Assembly (NCBI GenBank): GCA_004375965.1
Contig: SOIS01000239.1
Coordinates: 1-43,001, forward strand
Direction: 5' to 3'
Source of the DNA: Candidatus Cloacimonadota bacterium
GTDB lineage: Bacteria; Hydrothermota; E44-bin80
DNA length: 43,001 nucleotides
The translations under genes and the position numbers were made by a program. Every line of letters starts with the position of its first letter. Position 1 is the first letter of the stretch. The notes below the pieces were generated by a model that had not been told where the DNA came from, searched no databases, and saw nothing but the letters and a program-made list of their open reading frames with translations. Positions 17,629-26,739 of the stretch are shown one piece after another.

Positions 17629-19803
17629 ATGCTATACAAGGATAATATTGAGATAGGAGGACGGAGAATATCATTTGAAACAGGCGGAATAGCGAAACAG
17701 GCTGATGGTTCTGTAATAATCCGATATGGAGATACAATGGTTCTTGTAAGTGCTGTTGCATCAAAGGAGGAAAGCGAAGAAAATCACTTCTTTCCTCTTA
17801 CCGTCAATTATGTTGAAAGAACATACGCTGCAGGAAAAATACCGGGAGGCTTTTTCAAGAGAGAAGGAAGACCCCGTGAAAAGGAGATTCTTTCGTCTCG
17901 CATGATTGATAGACCTATAAGGCCACTCTTCCCTGAAGGATTCTTATGTGATACACAGATAATAGCTATGGTTCTCTCTGCTGACCAAGAAAATGATAGT
18001 GACATTCTGGGAATAATTGGTGCGAGTGCTGCACTTACAATATCCGATATACCGTTCAATGGACCAATCGGTGCAGTGAGAATTGGTTATGTTGATGGTG
18101 AGTTTATAGTGAATCCTACTTTTTCACAACTTGATGAAAGCAAAATGGATTTGGTCATTGTTATTAAAAATGATTCAATTATTATGCTTGAAGGGGAATG
18201 CTTTGAGGTTGACGAGAGTGATATCATCCGTGCTATTGAGATTGCGATTCCTGTGGCACGAGATATAATTGCTATGCAGGAAAGATTGAGAGATAAAATT
18301 GGAGAAACAAAAAGAACAATAACCCCATTTAATGTACCTCTCGGTCTTGAGGAGAAGATTAAAGATTTATTAAAAAGCGAAGTTGAGATAATTAATCTGA
18401 CAAAGGATAAACTGGAAAGAAACAGGGCAGTAGAGAACTTGGAGAGGTTGGTCTATAAAGAGATAGAGAATAAATTTCCTGATACACAGCAAATTGTTAA
18501 AATAGTAATTGATGATATGAGAAGGAAAAGTATGAGGGAGAGGATTATAGGAGAAAAAATTATGCGTATTGATGGAAGAGGGGCAAAGGAGATTCGTCCA
18601 ATTCATTGTGAAGTTGGCATCCTACCGAGAGTTCATGGCTCTGCACTTTTCACGAGAGGACAGACCCAGAGTTTATGCACTATAACACTTGGGACAACAA
18701 CAGACCGGCAGAGAGTTGAAGATCTTGAAGGGCAGAGTGTGAAAACCTTTATGCTTCATTACAATTTTCCACCTTTCAGTGTTGGGGAGACAAGACCGTT
18801 GAGAGGTCCTGGAAGGAGAGAGATAGGACATGGTTCACTTGCAGAAAGAGCCCTTGAATCAGTTCTTCCTGTAGAGGAACGTTTTCCATACACAATAAGA
18901 ATTGTTTCTGATATCCTTGAGTCAAACGGTTCTTCTTCTATGGCAACTGTTTGTGGGAGTTCATTGGCATTGATGGATGCAGGTGTACCAGTAAAGACAT
19001 CTGTTGCAGGGCTTTCAATTGGTCTTGTTAAAGAGAGTGAAAAATATTGTATGCTTTCTGATATCATTGGGGATGAGGACCATTTTGGAGATATGGATTT
19101 TAAGGTTGCAGGAACCAGGAAAGGGATTACCGCTATTCAACTTGACACAAAAATATCTGAACTCAGTGTTGACATAATTAAGGAAGCACTTGCTCAGGCA
19201 AAAGATGGAAGGTATTATATTCTTGATATAATGGATAGAACCTTGAAAGAGTCTCGGGCAACCCTTTCTGATTATGCTCCAAAGGTCATAATGATGACTG
19301 TTCCCAAGGAAAAGATTGGTGAAATAATAGGTCCGGGAGGGAAAACAATAAGAAGATTGATTGAAGAGACAGGAGCAGAAATTGAAATATCAGACGATGG
19401 AAAGATTTCTATTGTTTCTTCTGATATTGAGTCAGCTGAGAATGCGAAAGCCAAAATAAATTTGCTTATCCAGGAACTTGAACCAGGTAGTATCTTTGTT
19501 GGAAAGGTTACAAGAACCACCAATTTTGGTGCCTTTGTGGAAATTTCACCGGGGAAAGAAGGTCTTATCCATATATCCCAGTTGGCTGCCCATAGGGTTG
19601 CAAAGGTTGAAGATGAGGTCAAGGTTGGAGATGAGGTTAAAGTTATGGTAAAAGAGATAGATGATATGGGAAGAATCAATTTATCAAGAAAAGCAGTTAT
19701 GCCTCCATCCGATCCATCAAAGAGAGAAAATCAAACAAAGTCAAGATATAATGATAAATATCAAAAAAAGCCAACTCGAAAGCGGAATAACAGTAGTAAC
19801 TGA
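17629..19803 (+). CDS. pnp: Polyribonucleotide nucleotidyltransferase (PNPase)
   Basis: GKIPGGFFKREGRP, RREIGHG, LESNGSSSMA, DMDFKVAG, KH and S1 domains. Confidence 0.98.
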   Translation: MLYKDNIEIGGRRISFETGGIAKQADGSVIIRYGDTMVLVSAVASKEESEENHFFPLTVNYVERTYAAGKIPGGFFKREGRPREKEILSSRMIDRPIRPLFPEGFLCDTQIIAMVLSADQENDSDILGIIGASAALTISDIPFNGPIGAVRIGYVDGEFIVNPTFSQLDESKMDLVIVIKNDSIIMLEGECFEVDESDIIRAIEIAIPVARDIIAMQERLRDKIGETKRTITPFNVPLGLEEKIKDLLKSEVEIINLTKDKLERNRAVENLERLVYKEIENKFPDTQQIVKIVIDDMRRKSMRERIIGEKIMRIDGRGAKEIRPIHCEVGILPRVHGSALFTRGQTQSLCTITLGTTTDRQRVEDLEGQSVKTFMLHYNFPPFSVGETRPLRGPGRREIGHGSLAERALESVLPVEERFPYTIRIVSDILESNGSSSMATVCGSSLALMDAGVPVKTSVAGLSIGLVKESEKYCMLSDIIGDEDHFGDMDFKVAGTRKGITAIQLDTKISELSVDIIKEALAQAKDGRYYILDIMDRTLKESRATLSDYAPKVIMMTVPKEKIGEIIGPGGKTIRRLIEETGAEIEISDDGKISIVSSDIESAENAKAKINLLIQELEPGSIFVGKVTRTTNFGAFVEISPGKEGLIHISQLAAHRVAKVEDEVKVGDEVKVMVKEIDDMGRINLSRKAVMPPSDPSKRENQTKSRYNDKYQKKPTRKRNNSSN

Positions 19804-20992
19804 AGGTATTGAAGGTGTTCGTTCCATTTCTTTGGGTTTCTGGGTTGTTGTCGGTTCAAGAAATGAGAATAAACAGGAAAAGGGCATTTCTCATTTTATT
19901 GAACATACTCTCTTCAAAGGAACAAAGAAAAGGAACGCAAAGGAGATAGCAAGAGCACTTGAAAGTAAAGGTGCCACACTCGATGCTTTTACTTCGAAGG
20001 AGATAACTTGTTTTTATTCAAGGGGTCTCGATACACACTTAAAAATTGCTACAGATGTTATTGCAGACCTCATAACAAACCCACTCTTTCCAGAGGAAGA
20101 ACTAAAAAAAGAGATAGGTGTTGTAACAGAAGAGATAAAAGATAGCGAGGATTCTCCAGAAAGACATATCTTTGACCTGCTGTTTAAGAAAATCTTTACA
20201 AAACATCCCCTTGCAAACTCGGTATTAGGGGAAAAAAAAGATGTTGAAAAGATAACAAGAAAGAAGGTTTCTTCGTTTTTCAAGAAATGGTATAATCCTG
20301 AGAGAATTGTTGTTACTGCAAGCGGGTATCTTCAGCACAATGAACTCCTTGGATACTTAGAACCATATTTCAAACCAAAAGAGACTTCTAATGATTCCTT
20401 TTTTACACCCGTAAAAAACTACTATAAACCGTTCTCTTATACATTCAAGAAAAAAGGTCTTTTTCAGGCACATCTTATTCTTGCTACCACAGTATTTGAT
20501 TACAATGATCCGAGAAGATATCCACTTTTAGTTCTTGATACAATACTCGGAGATGGAATGAGTTCAATACTCTTTCAGAAGGTAAGGGAGGAAAAAGCCC
20601 TTGTTTACCAGATCTTTTCTTTTGCAGATTTCTTTTCCGATGCTGGAATCTTCGGAGTTTATCTTGCATGTAATCCAGTAAAAATAGAGAATGCAAAAAG
20701 TACAGTAATCAAAGAATTCAAGAAACTTGTAAAGAAAGGATTAACAAAGAAGGTAGTTAGCGAGGCAAAGGTTCGGCTCAAGGCAAAACTTCTCATTGGG
20801 CAGGAGAGCACATCAAATCGTATGATGAGATTAGGTAGAAGTGAAATTTACAGAAGAGAAAATAGGACGATAGATGAAATTATTGCTTCTATTAATAGAG
20901 TAAAAACTGGTGATGTGAACGATGTTATTAAAGATGTACTCAGGGAGGATAAATTCTCATTCGTCTATTTTGGAGATTTTCGATCTGTGTAA
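19751..20992 (+). CDS. M16 (pitrilysin-family) zinc peptidase
   Basis: GSRNE, HFIEH (HXXEH), SSILFQKVREEKALVY; ATG 19751 overlaps the pnp 3' end by 53 nt. Confidence 0.93.
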   Translation: MINIKKSQLESGITVVTEGIEGVRSISLGFWVVVGSRNENKQEKGISHFIEHTLFKGTKKRNAKEIARALESKGATLDAFTSKEITCFYSRGLDTHLKIATDVIADLITNPLFPEEELKKEIGVVTEEIKDSEDSPERHIFDLLFKKIFTKHPLANSVLGEKKDVEKITRKKVSSFFKKWYNPERIVVTASGYLQHNELLGYLEPYFKPKETSNDSFFTPVKNYYKPFSYTFKKKGLFQAHLILATTVFDYNDPRRYPLLVLDTILGDGMSSILFQKVREEKALVYQIFSFADFFSDAGIFGVYLACNPVKIENAKSTVIKEFKKLVKKGLTKKVVSEAKVRLKAKLLIGQESTSNRMMRLGRSEIYRRENRTIDEIIASINRVKTGDVNDVIKDVLREDKFSFVYFGDFRSV

Positions 20993-21019
20993 TCTACAAT
21001 ATGAAATAAAGGAGTAGTT

Positions 21020-22243
21020 ATGACTTTCGATAGAATGAGGGTATCAAATAGAGCAGTGTTAATGCCGGAGTCCCCTATAAGGAAACTTGCTCCTTATGCT
21101 GCTGAAGCAAAAAAGAGGGGAATTGAAATTTACCACCTGAATATTGGTCAACCTGACATACATACGCCCAAACCTATTTTTGAAGCGATAAAAAATTTTT
21201 CATCTGATATTTTGCCTTACGGACCATCACAAGGTCTTATCGATTTAAGAAAGACTATTGCTGAATATTTTACACGATATAACATTGATGTTGAACCAGA
21301 CAATGTTTTTATAACGACGGGAGGAAGCGAAGCTATTATTTTCACCTTTATGGTTGCCTGCGATGTAGGGGATGAGGTGTTAATTCCAGAACCATTTTAT
21401 ACAAATTATAATGGGTTTGCTGAAATGGCTGGTGTTAGTATTATCCCTCTTTCGACCACTGTCTTAAACGGTTTCCGATGTCCTTCAAGAGAAGAGATAG
21501 AGTCGAAGATTACCAGGAGAACAAAAGCAATACTTGTCTGTTCTCCAAATAACCCCACAGGAACTGTTTACTCGCGAGAGGAATTAGAGATGGTAGCATC
21601 AATTGCAAGGAAATACAATATGTTTATTCTTTCAGATGAAGTTTACAGGGAATTTACATTTGATAATATTACCCATACAAGTATTCTCCATCTCATGGAT
21701 GTTGAGGATAGAGCAGTTATTATGGATAGTATTTCAAAGAGATTTAGTGCATGTGGAGCAAGAATAGGTTTTCTTGTATCAAAAAACAAAAACTTTATTA
21801 AGAGTGTTCTAAAACTGGGTCAAGCAAGACTATGTCCACCAACAATTGAGCAGTATGGGGCAATTGCGGGTTTCAAGATGATTGACAATTTTATATCAGA
21901 TATGAGGCGTAAATATGAGAAGAGAAGAGATATTGTCTTTGAAGAATTGAACAAAATCGAAGGTGTTTATGCACAAAAGCCCGAGGGAGCCTTTTATACT
22001 GTTACAAGAATTCCTGTTGATGATGCTGAAGATTTTACAAAATGGATGCTTACAGAATTTAATGTTGATAAAAAAACAACTATGGTTGCACCAGCGAATG
22101 GATTCTATGCAACAAAAGGTAAAGGTAAGGATGAGGTGAGGATTGCATTCGTATTAAAGGATGAAGACCTTAGGGATGCAATAAAGATTCTAAAGATGGG
22201 AATTGAGGAATATAAAAGTAGAGTAAATATAAAAGAGAGTTAA
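21020..22243 (+). CDS. PLP-dependent aminotransferase class I/II
   Basis: LNIGQPD, TGGSEA, PNNPTG, DEVY, SISKRFSACGARIG (PLP lysine). Confidence 0.93.
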   Translation: MTFDRMRVSNRAVLMPESPIRKLAPYAAEAKKRGIEIYHLNIGQPDIHTPKPIFEAIKNFSSDILPYGPSQGLIDLRKTIAEYFTRYNIDVEPDNVFITTGGSEAIIFTFMVACDVGDEVLIPEPFYTNYNGFAEMAGVSIIPLSTTVLNGFRCPSREEIESKITRRTKAILVCSPNNPTGTVYSREELEMVASIARKYNMFILSDEVYREFTFDNITHTSILHLMDVEDRAVIMDSISKRFSACGARIGFLVSKNKNFIKSVLKLGQARLCPPTIEQYGAIAGFKMIDNFISDMRRKYEKRRDIVFEELNKIEGVYAQKPEGAFYTVTRIPVDDAEDFTKWMLTEFNVDKKTTMVAPANGFYATKGKGKDEVRIAFVLKDEDLRDAIKILKMGIEEYKSRVNIKES

Positions 22244-22340
22244 TCACAAACAACCCTTAAATTCACTGTTGATAAAAACAATTATTCCTCCTTGTATTTT
22301 CTGATGTCCCTGTAATTACTGTTGTTTATAATTTCTTAGT

Positions 22341-22787
22341 ATGTCGAAAAATGTTAAAATCCGGATTAAAAAACTTGTCCCCGATGCAACAATTCCAACC
22401 TATGCATCGAGTGGTTCCAGTGGAGCAGATCTCTATTCTGTAATCGATATGAATATTGCACCAAAGTCATTTTCTTTAATACCCACAGGTATTGCTATAG
22501 AGATGCCTGAAGGTTTTGAAGCCCAGATAAGACCAAGGAGCGGCATTGCTTTAAAACATGGGGTGACAATCTTAAATGCACCTGGTACAATTGACTCAGA
22601 TTATAGAGGGGAGATTAAAATAATCCTGATAAATTTCGGTGATGAAATATTCAAAGTAAAGAAAGGAATGCGGATTGCACAGATTGTATTCACAAGCGTG
22701 GAGCAGGTAAAATTTGAGGATGCGAATAAACTTGGAAAGACAGAGAGGAATAATAGAGGGTTTGGGCACACAGATTCTGAAAAGTAG
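22341..22787 (+). CDS. dut: Trimeric dUTP diphosphatase
   Basis: GADL, RPRSG, GTIDSDYRGE, RIAQ, RGFGHT motifs. Confidence 0.97.
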   Translation: MSKNVKIRIKKLVPDATIPTYASSGSSGADLYSVIDMNIAPKSFSLIPTGIAIEMPEGFEAQIRPRSGIALKHGVTILNAPGTIDSDYRGEIKIILINFGDEIFKVKKGMRIAQIVFTSVEQVKFEDANKLGKTERNNRGFGHTDSEK

Positions 22788-22873
22788 AGAGCAATGGAAA
22801 GAGAATGACAAAGCCCAAAACCCAAATGTCGAATAATGACTAAATCCCAATGACAGGTAAGGAATGAGATTAA

Positions 22874-22983
22874 TAAACCCCGTTAGAATTTTCCCCAGTA
22901 GATATTATCAACGGGGTGAAAAGCGGAAGATTTTTTAATTTATCATCCCAGTGGCAAACCACGAGGTTTTCTAACGGGGTAAA
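22874..22983. mobile_element. MITE-like element with CCCCGTTAGAA termini and TAAA target duplication
   Basis: TAAA|CCCCGTTAGAA (22878-88) ... TTCTAACGGGG (22969-79)|TAAA; non-coding interior. Confidence 0.7.
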
Positions 22984-22997
22984 TTTGGAGGATATAA

Positions 22998-23570
22998 ATG
23001 AGGAGATGGTGTTTATACAGTATAATTATAACTATTTTCTTTTTTTCATGCCATAAAAGCGAGCCATTAGAACCACCATACGGTGATAGACCAGTGATTG
23101 CTGTTACAGACAGGGATTATACATCTTATCTTCTTTCTTATTTTGGTGAATCTGAGAATTATATACATATTGTAATGTATCTGATGAAATATTATCCTTA
23201 TGATTCTACAAATGGGGTAAGTCAGCTACAAAAGGCATTAATTAGTGCACGAGAGAGGGGATTGGATATTAAAGTGCTTCTTGAAAGGAGCGATTATAAC
23301 AGTAGTTTGAATGCAATGAACGAATCCACTTATGTTTATCTTGACTCGCAAGGGATAGATGTGCGGTTTGATCAGCTCTCTGTTACGACTCATGCAAAGC
23401 TTGTCATCATTGATGATAAGGTTGCATTTGTTGGGTCTACAAACTGGAGCCAATCTGCTCTTGAAAAAAACAATGAGGTGAATGTTGAGATAAAAGAAGA
23501 GGAGGTTGTCAAAGAACTTGAGTCTTACTTTCAACATTTATGGGAAGTTAGTAGACTTAAGATAAAGTAA
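22998..23570 (+). CDS. Phospholipase D-like (single HKD, Nuc-type) lipoprotein
   Basis: HAKLVIID..AFVGSTNWS..NNE motif; lipobox FFSC. Confidence 0.88.
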   Translation: MRRWCLYSIIITIFFFSCHKSEPLEPPYGDRPVIAVTDRDYTSYLLSYFGESENYIHIVMYLMKYYPYDSTNGVSQLQKALISARERGLDIKVLLERSDYNSSLNAMNESTYVYLDSQGIDVRFDQLSVTTHAKLVIIDDKVAFVGSTNWSQSALEKNNEVNVEIKEEEVVKELESYFQHLWEVSRLKIK

Positions 23571-23640
23571 TTTCTAAAGGGATAACCCTATCGATTAAAT
23601 TTTCTGGATGGATCATTAATTTTTTTTGTCTGTAAATATA

Positions 23641-24285
23641 TTATTCTTTATAGCAAAGACAGTATTTAGAAATACTGCAAATATTACATTTAGGAGAGAT
23701 GGGTCTGCAGAGATTTTGACCATAAGCAACAAGCAGGTCGTTGAAAATAATCCAATATCGGGGTGAGAGTTTTTTTCTCAAAGCCATCTCTGTCTCATAT
23801 GGTGATTTTGTCTTGACATACCCCCATCTATTTACGATTCTGTGAACATGGGTATCCACACAAAGACCTTGTTTTTTGTAAGCAACAGTTACAACAAGGT
23901 TTGCAGTTTTTCTTCCTACACCAGGAAGTTTTAGAAGTTCGTCAATTTTATCAGGGACAATTCCGTTATGCTTCTCAATCAATATTTTGCTGATTATTCT
24001 TACTGCCTCTGCCTTTCTTCTGTAAAATCCAACAGGATAAATTGCTTTCATGATCTTTGCAGGTGAAAGCTTTAACATACTGTAAGGGTTATCTGCAAGG
24101 GAAAAAAGTTTTGTAGATGCTCCTCCTGTTACCTTATCCTTTGTTCTCAGGCTGAGTAAACAGGATATAAGAACCCTATAAGGGTCCTTGAAATGCCTTT
24201 CTATCTCACCAACGATAGGGGGTTTCCATTGTTTAACCTCTTCTTTCAATATTTTCATAACCCTTTGAATATCGCTATTGTTCAT
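23641..24285 (-). CDS. nth: Endonuclease III
   Basis: LPGVGRKTAN HhH motif, VDTHVHR, C-X6-C-X2-C-X5-C Fe-S motif. Confidence 0.95.
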   Translation of the reverse strand: MNNSDIQRVMKILKEEVKQWKPPIVGEIERHFKDPYRVLISCLLSLRTKDKVTGGASTKLFSLADNPYSMLKLSPAKIMKAIYPVGFYRRKAEAVRIISKILIEKHNGIVPDKIDELLKLPGVGRKTANLVVTVAYKKQGLCVDTHVHRIVNRWGYVKTKSPYETEMALRKKLSPRYWIIFNDLLVAYGQNLCRPISPKCNICSISKYCLCYKE

Positions 24286-24298
24286 CCCTTTATCCTTT

Positions 24299-25966
24299 TC
24301 AAAAAAGACCTGTTATGTTTCCTTCTTCATCTATATCAACATTCTCTGCTACAGGTACCTTTGGGAGACCTGGCATAAGAAGTATATTACCTGTTATTGG
24401 GACAAGGAAGCCCGCACCAGATGATATCCGTATTTCTCTAACAGTTACCAGAAAATCTTTTGGACGTCCTAAAAGTTTAGGATTATCAGAGAGGGACTTC
24501 TGGGTTTTTGCTATGCAAACTGGAAGTTTTTCCATTCCCAGTTTCTTTATTATCTTTAAGTCATATTTTGCCTTTTTTGTAAAGTCAACTGCTTTTGATC
24601 CGTAGATTTCTTTGCAAACTGTTTCTATCTTCTCTTCAACCGGTTTACTCAATTCATAAAGAGGTTGGAATTTTCTATTATGTTTAGACATTTCTACCAC
24701 CTTTTCAGCAAGTTCAGTGGTTCCTTCACCACCTTTATCGTATTCTTCAGCAACTGCGCATGGAGTTCGCTTTATCTTTGAAAAGTTTTGGATTATTTCA
24801 ATTTCTTCATCTGTATCAGTTATAAATCTGTTGATTGCAACAACTGCAGGAACCTTAAATTTGTAAATGTTTTCAAGGTGCTTTTCAAGGTTTGAAAGAC
24901 CCTTTTCAACTGATTGGGGGTCCGGTTCTTGGATTCCCTTAAGTTTTTTCCCTCCGTGCATTTTAAGTGCTCTTGTTGTTACAACAAGAGCAACAACCTT
25001 TGGGTTAAGTTCGGATTTTCTCGCTACAATATCAAAGAACTTCTCAGCCCCAAGGTCAAAACCAAATCCAGCTTCTGTGATAACAAATTTAGATAGTTTA
25101 AGGGCGAGTTCCATAGATTGAACAGAACAGGTTCCTTGTGCTATATTTGCAAAAGGACCTCCATGAACAAATGCAGGAGTTCCTTCAGTTGTCTGAACAA
25201 GATTTGGTTTAATGGCATCTTTCAGCAACGCAGTTGCTGCTCCGCAAATTTTTAAATCCCTTAAATAAACAGGATCACCGCTGTAAGTAAAGCCAAGGAG
25301 TATATTTGAGATTCTATGGTTTAGTTCTTTAAAAGTCTCTGAGAGACAGAGAATTGCCATTATTTCAGAAGAAGCGGAGATGTGAAAAGATGTTTCCCTT
25401 GGGAACCCATGCTTTCGTCCTCCAAGTCCTATAACTATGTTTCTTAAGGACCTGTCATTCATATCCATTACCCTTTCCCATTCTGTTCTCCTTGGGTCAA
25501 GTTGAGGTTCCTTTCTTCTGAATATGTGGTTGTCCAGTGCTGCTGATATGAGATTGTGGGCAGATGTAATTGCATGAATATCACCCGTGAAGTGAAGATT
25601 TATGTCCTCCATAGGAAGAACCTGAGCCTTACCGCCTCCAGTTGCTCCTCCTTTCATCCCGAAAAGGGGACCTAACGAAGGTTCCCTTAGTGTTACAATT
25701 GATGAATAACCTAGCCTGTTTAGACCCAATGAAAGTCCAATTGCAACTGTCGTTTTACCTTCTCCTGCAGGGGTTGGCGTGATTGCAGAGACAAGAATTA
25801 AATTCCCATCTTCTTTATTTTCACATCTTTCATAAGCAGCAAGCTTTACTTTTGCTTTGTAATCGCCGTAGAGTTCAATTTCTTCTATTGTGAGTCCTAT
25901 TTCTTCTGCAATTCTATGAATTGGTTTTAATTTTACTAATTTTGCAATGTTGCTGTCTCTCACCAT
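24299..25966 (-). CDS. fhs: Formate--tetrahydrofolate ligase
   Basis: PTPAGEGKTT, KGGATGGG, NLHFTGD, HGGPFANIA, TEAGFG, MPGLP. Confidence 0.98.
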   Translation of the reverse strand: MVRDSNIAKLVKLKPIHRIAEEIGLTIEEIELYGDYKAKVKLAAYERCENKEDGNLILVSAITPTPAGEGKTTVAIGLSLGLNRLGYSSIVTLREPSLGPLFGMKGGATGGGKAQVLPMEDINLHFTGDIHAITSAHNLISAALDNHIFRRKEPQLDPRRTEWERVMDMNDRSLRNIVIGLGGRKHGFPRETSFHISASSEIMAILCLSETFKELNHRISNILLGFTYSGDPVYLRDLKICGAATALLKDAIKPNLVQTTEGTPAFVHGGPFANIAQGTCSVQSMELALKLSKFVITEAGFGFDLGAEKFFDIVARKSELNPKVVALVVTTRALKMHGGKKLKGIQEPDPQSVEKGLSNLEKHLENIYKFKVPAVVAINRFITDTDEEIEIIQNFSKIKRTPCAVAEEYDKGGEGTTELAEKVVEMSKHNRKFQPLYELSKPVEEKIETVCKEIYGSKAVDFTKKAKYDLKIIKKLGMEKLPVCIAKTQKSLSDNPKLLGRPKDFLVTVREIRISSGAGFLVPITGNILLMPGLPKVPVAENVDIDEEGNITGLF

Positions 25967-26076
25967 GTTCCCTCCTGTTATAACAAATTAAATTCGATAA
26001 ATTAAAATATGGCTAAATAGATTTGATTGCAAATTACACAGATCCTTAAACCAAAGATAGTCTATGCAATCTATTT

Positions 26077-26107
26077 ACTCTGTTAGATGTTTACTATCTA
26101 ACAGGGT
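26077..26107. repeat. Short palindromic element of the (C)CC(T/C)GTTAGA family
   Basis: ACTCTGTTAGAT...ATCTAACAGGGT (11/12 inverted match); a half copy ATCTAACAGGGT is at 17521-17532. Confidence 0.6.
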
Positions 26108-26121
26108 GTAATCAAAAAATA

Positions 26122-26739
26122 TTATTTTTCTATTATTTCTATACCGTCTGGGGGAGTGAAGGTGAAATTGATTTTCTTTTTACTATTCACCTCGATCTCA
26201 GAAAAATTATACTCTGTTTTATTCCCGGTTTTATCCTTAAAAGTAAGAGAGAGGAGTAACATTTTGTCCTTTGAAACCTTTAACTCTATACATTGAAAGA
26301 ACTCTTCGTCCTCTTTCATGGATAATTTAATAAATATGAAACTTGTGTCACTGTAAAGAGTATCAACAATTAGGTTGTTGAAAGGTTCAAAAATATAACG
26401 AGGGATCTTTGAAAGACTATTTTCCTTTCCACAACTATATTTTAAGCAATACTTTTGCTCTGGTAAATAGACCCAAGCTGTTTCACCGTTATATAGAATC
26501 AGTTGTTTTTCCGGTGCAATTATTTCCATCCGAAGATTATGGGGTCTTAAAATATCAATTGTTCCCTCAAAGAATTGTGCTTCTCCAATAACAGGCGCAA
26601 CCTTCTGGTTGAAGGTTGCGCTAAATTCCTTGATAGAGGAAAACCTCTTTTCTATCTTGTCAAGTAATTCCTCTTTGCTTTCTGAGAAAATAAATGTTCC
26701 AAAAGCAAGAATTATAATTATTAGAAATAGTTTCTTCAT
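26122..26739 (-). CDS. lolA: Outer-membrane lipoprotein carrier LolA family
   Basis: Signal peptide, FSATFNQ, LRPHNLRME..PEKQLILYNGETAWVYLP, FTFTPPDG. Confidence 0.88.
   Translation of the reverse strand: MKKLFLIIIILAFGTFIFSESKEELLDKIEKRFSSIKEFSATFNQKVAPVIGEAQFFEGTIDILRPHNLRMEIIAPEKQLILYNGETAWVYLPEQKYCLKYSCGKENSLSKIPRYIFEPFNNLIVDTLYSDTSFIFIKLSMKEDEEFFQCIELKVSKDKMLLLSLTFKDKTGNKTEYNFSEIEVNSKKKINFTFTPPDGIEIIEK

Noticed and set aside
19751-19803. Programmed frameshift or fusion between pnp and the M16 peptidase
   Set aside because: The overlap is explained by a low-complexity PNPase tail; pnp followed by an M16 gene is a common arrangement.
24299-25966. fhs as evidence of acetogenesis
   Set aside because: No other Wood-Ljungdahl genes in the window; fhs alone is common in one-carbon metabolism.
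25967-26121. ZTP (pfl) or THF riboswitch upstream of fhs
   Set aside because: AT-rich with no recognisable conserved riboswitch motif; only imperfect inverted repeats. An Rfam scan would settle it.
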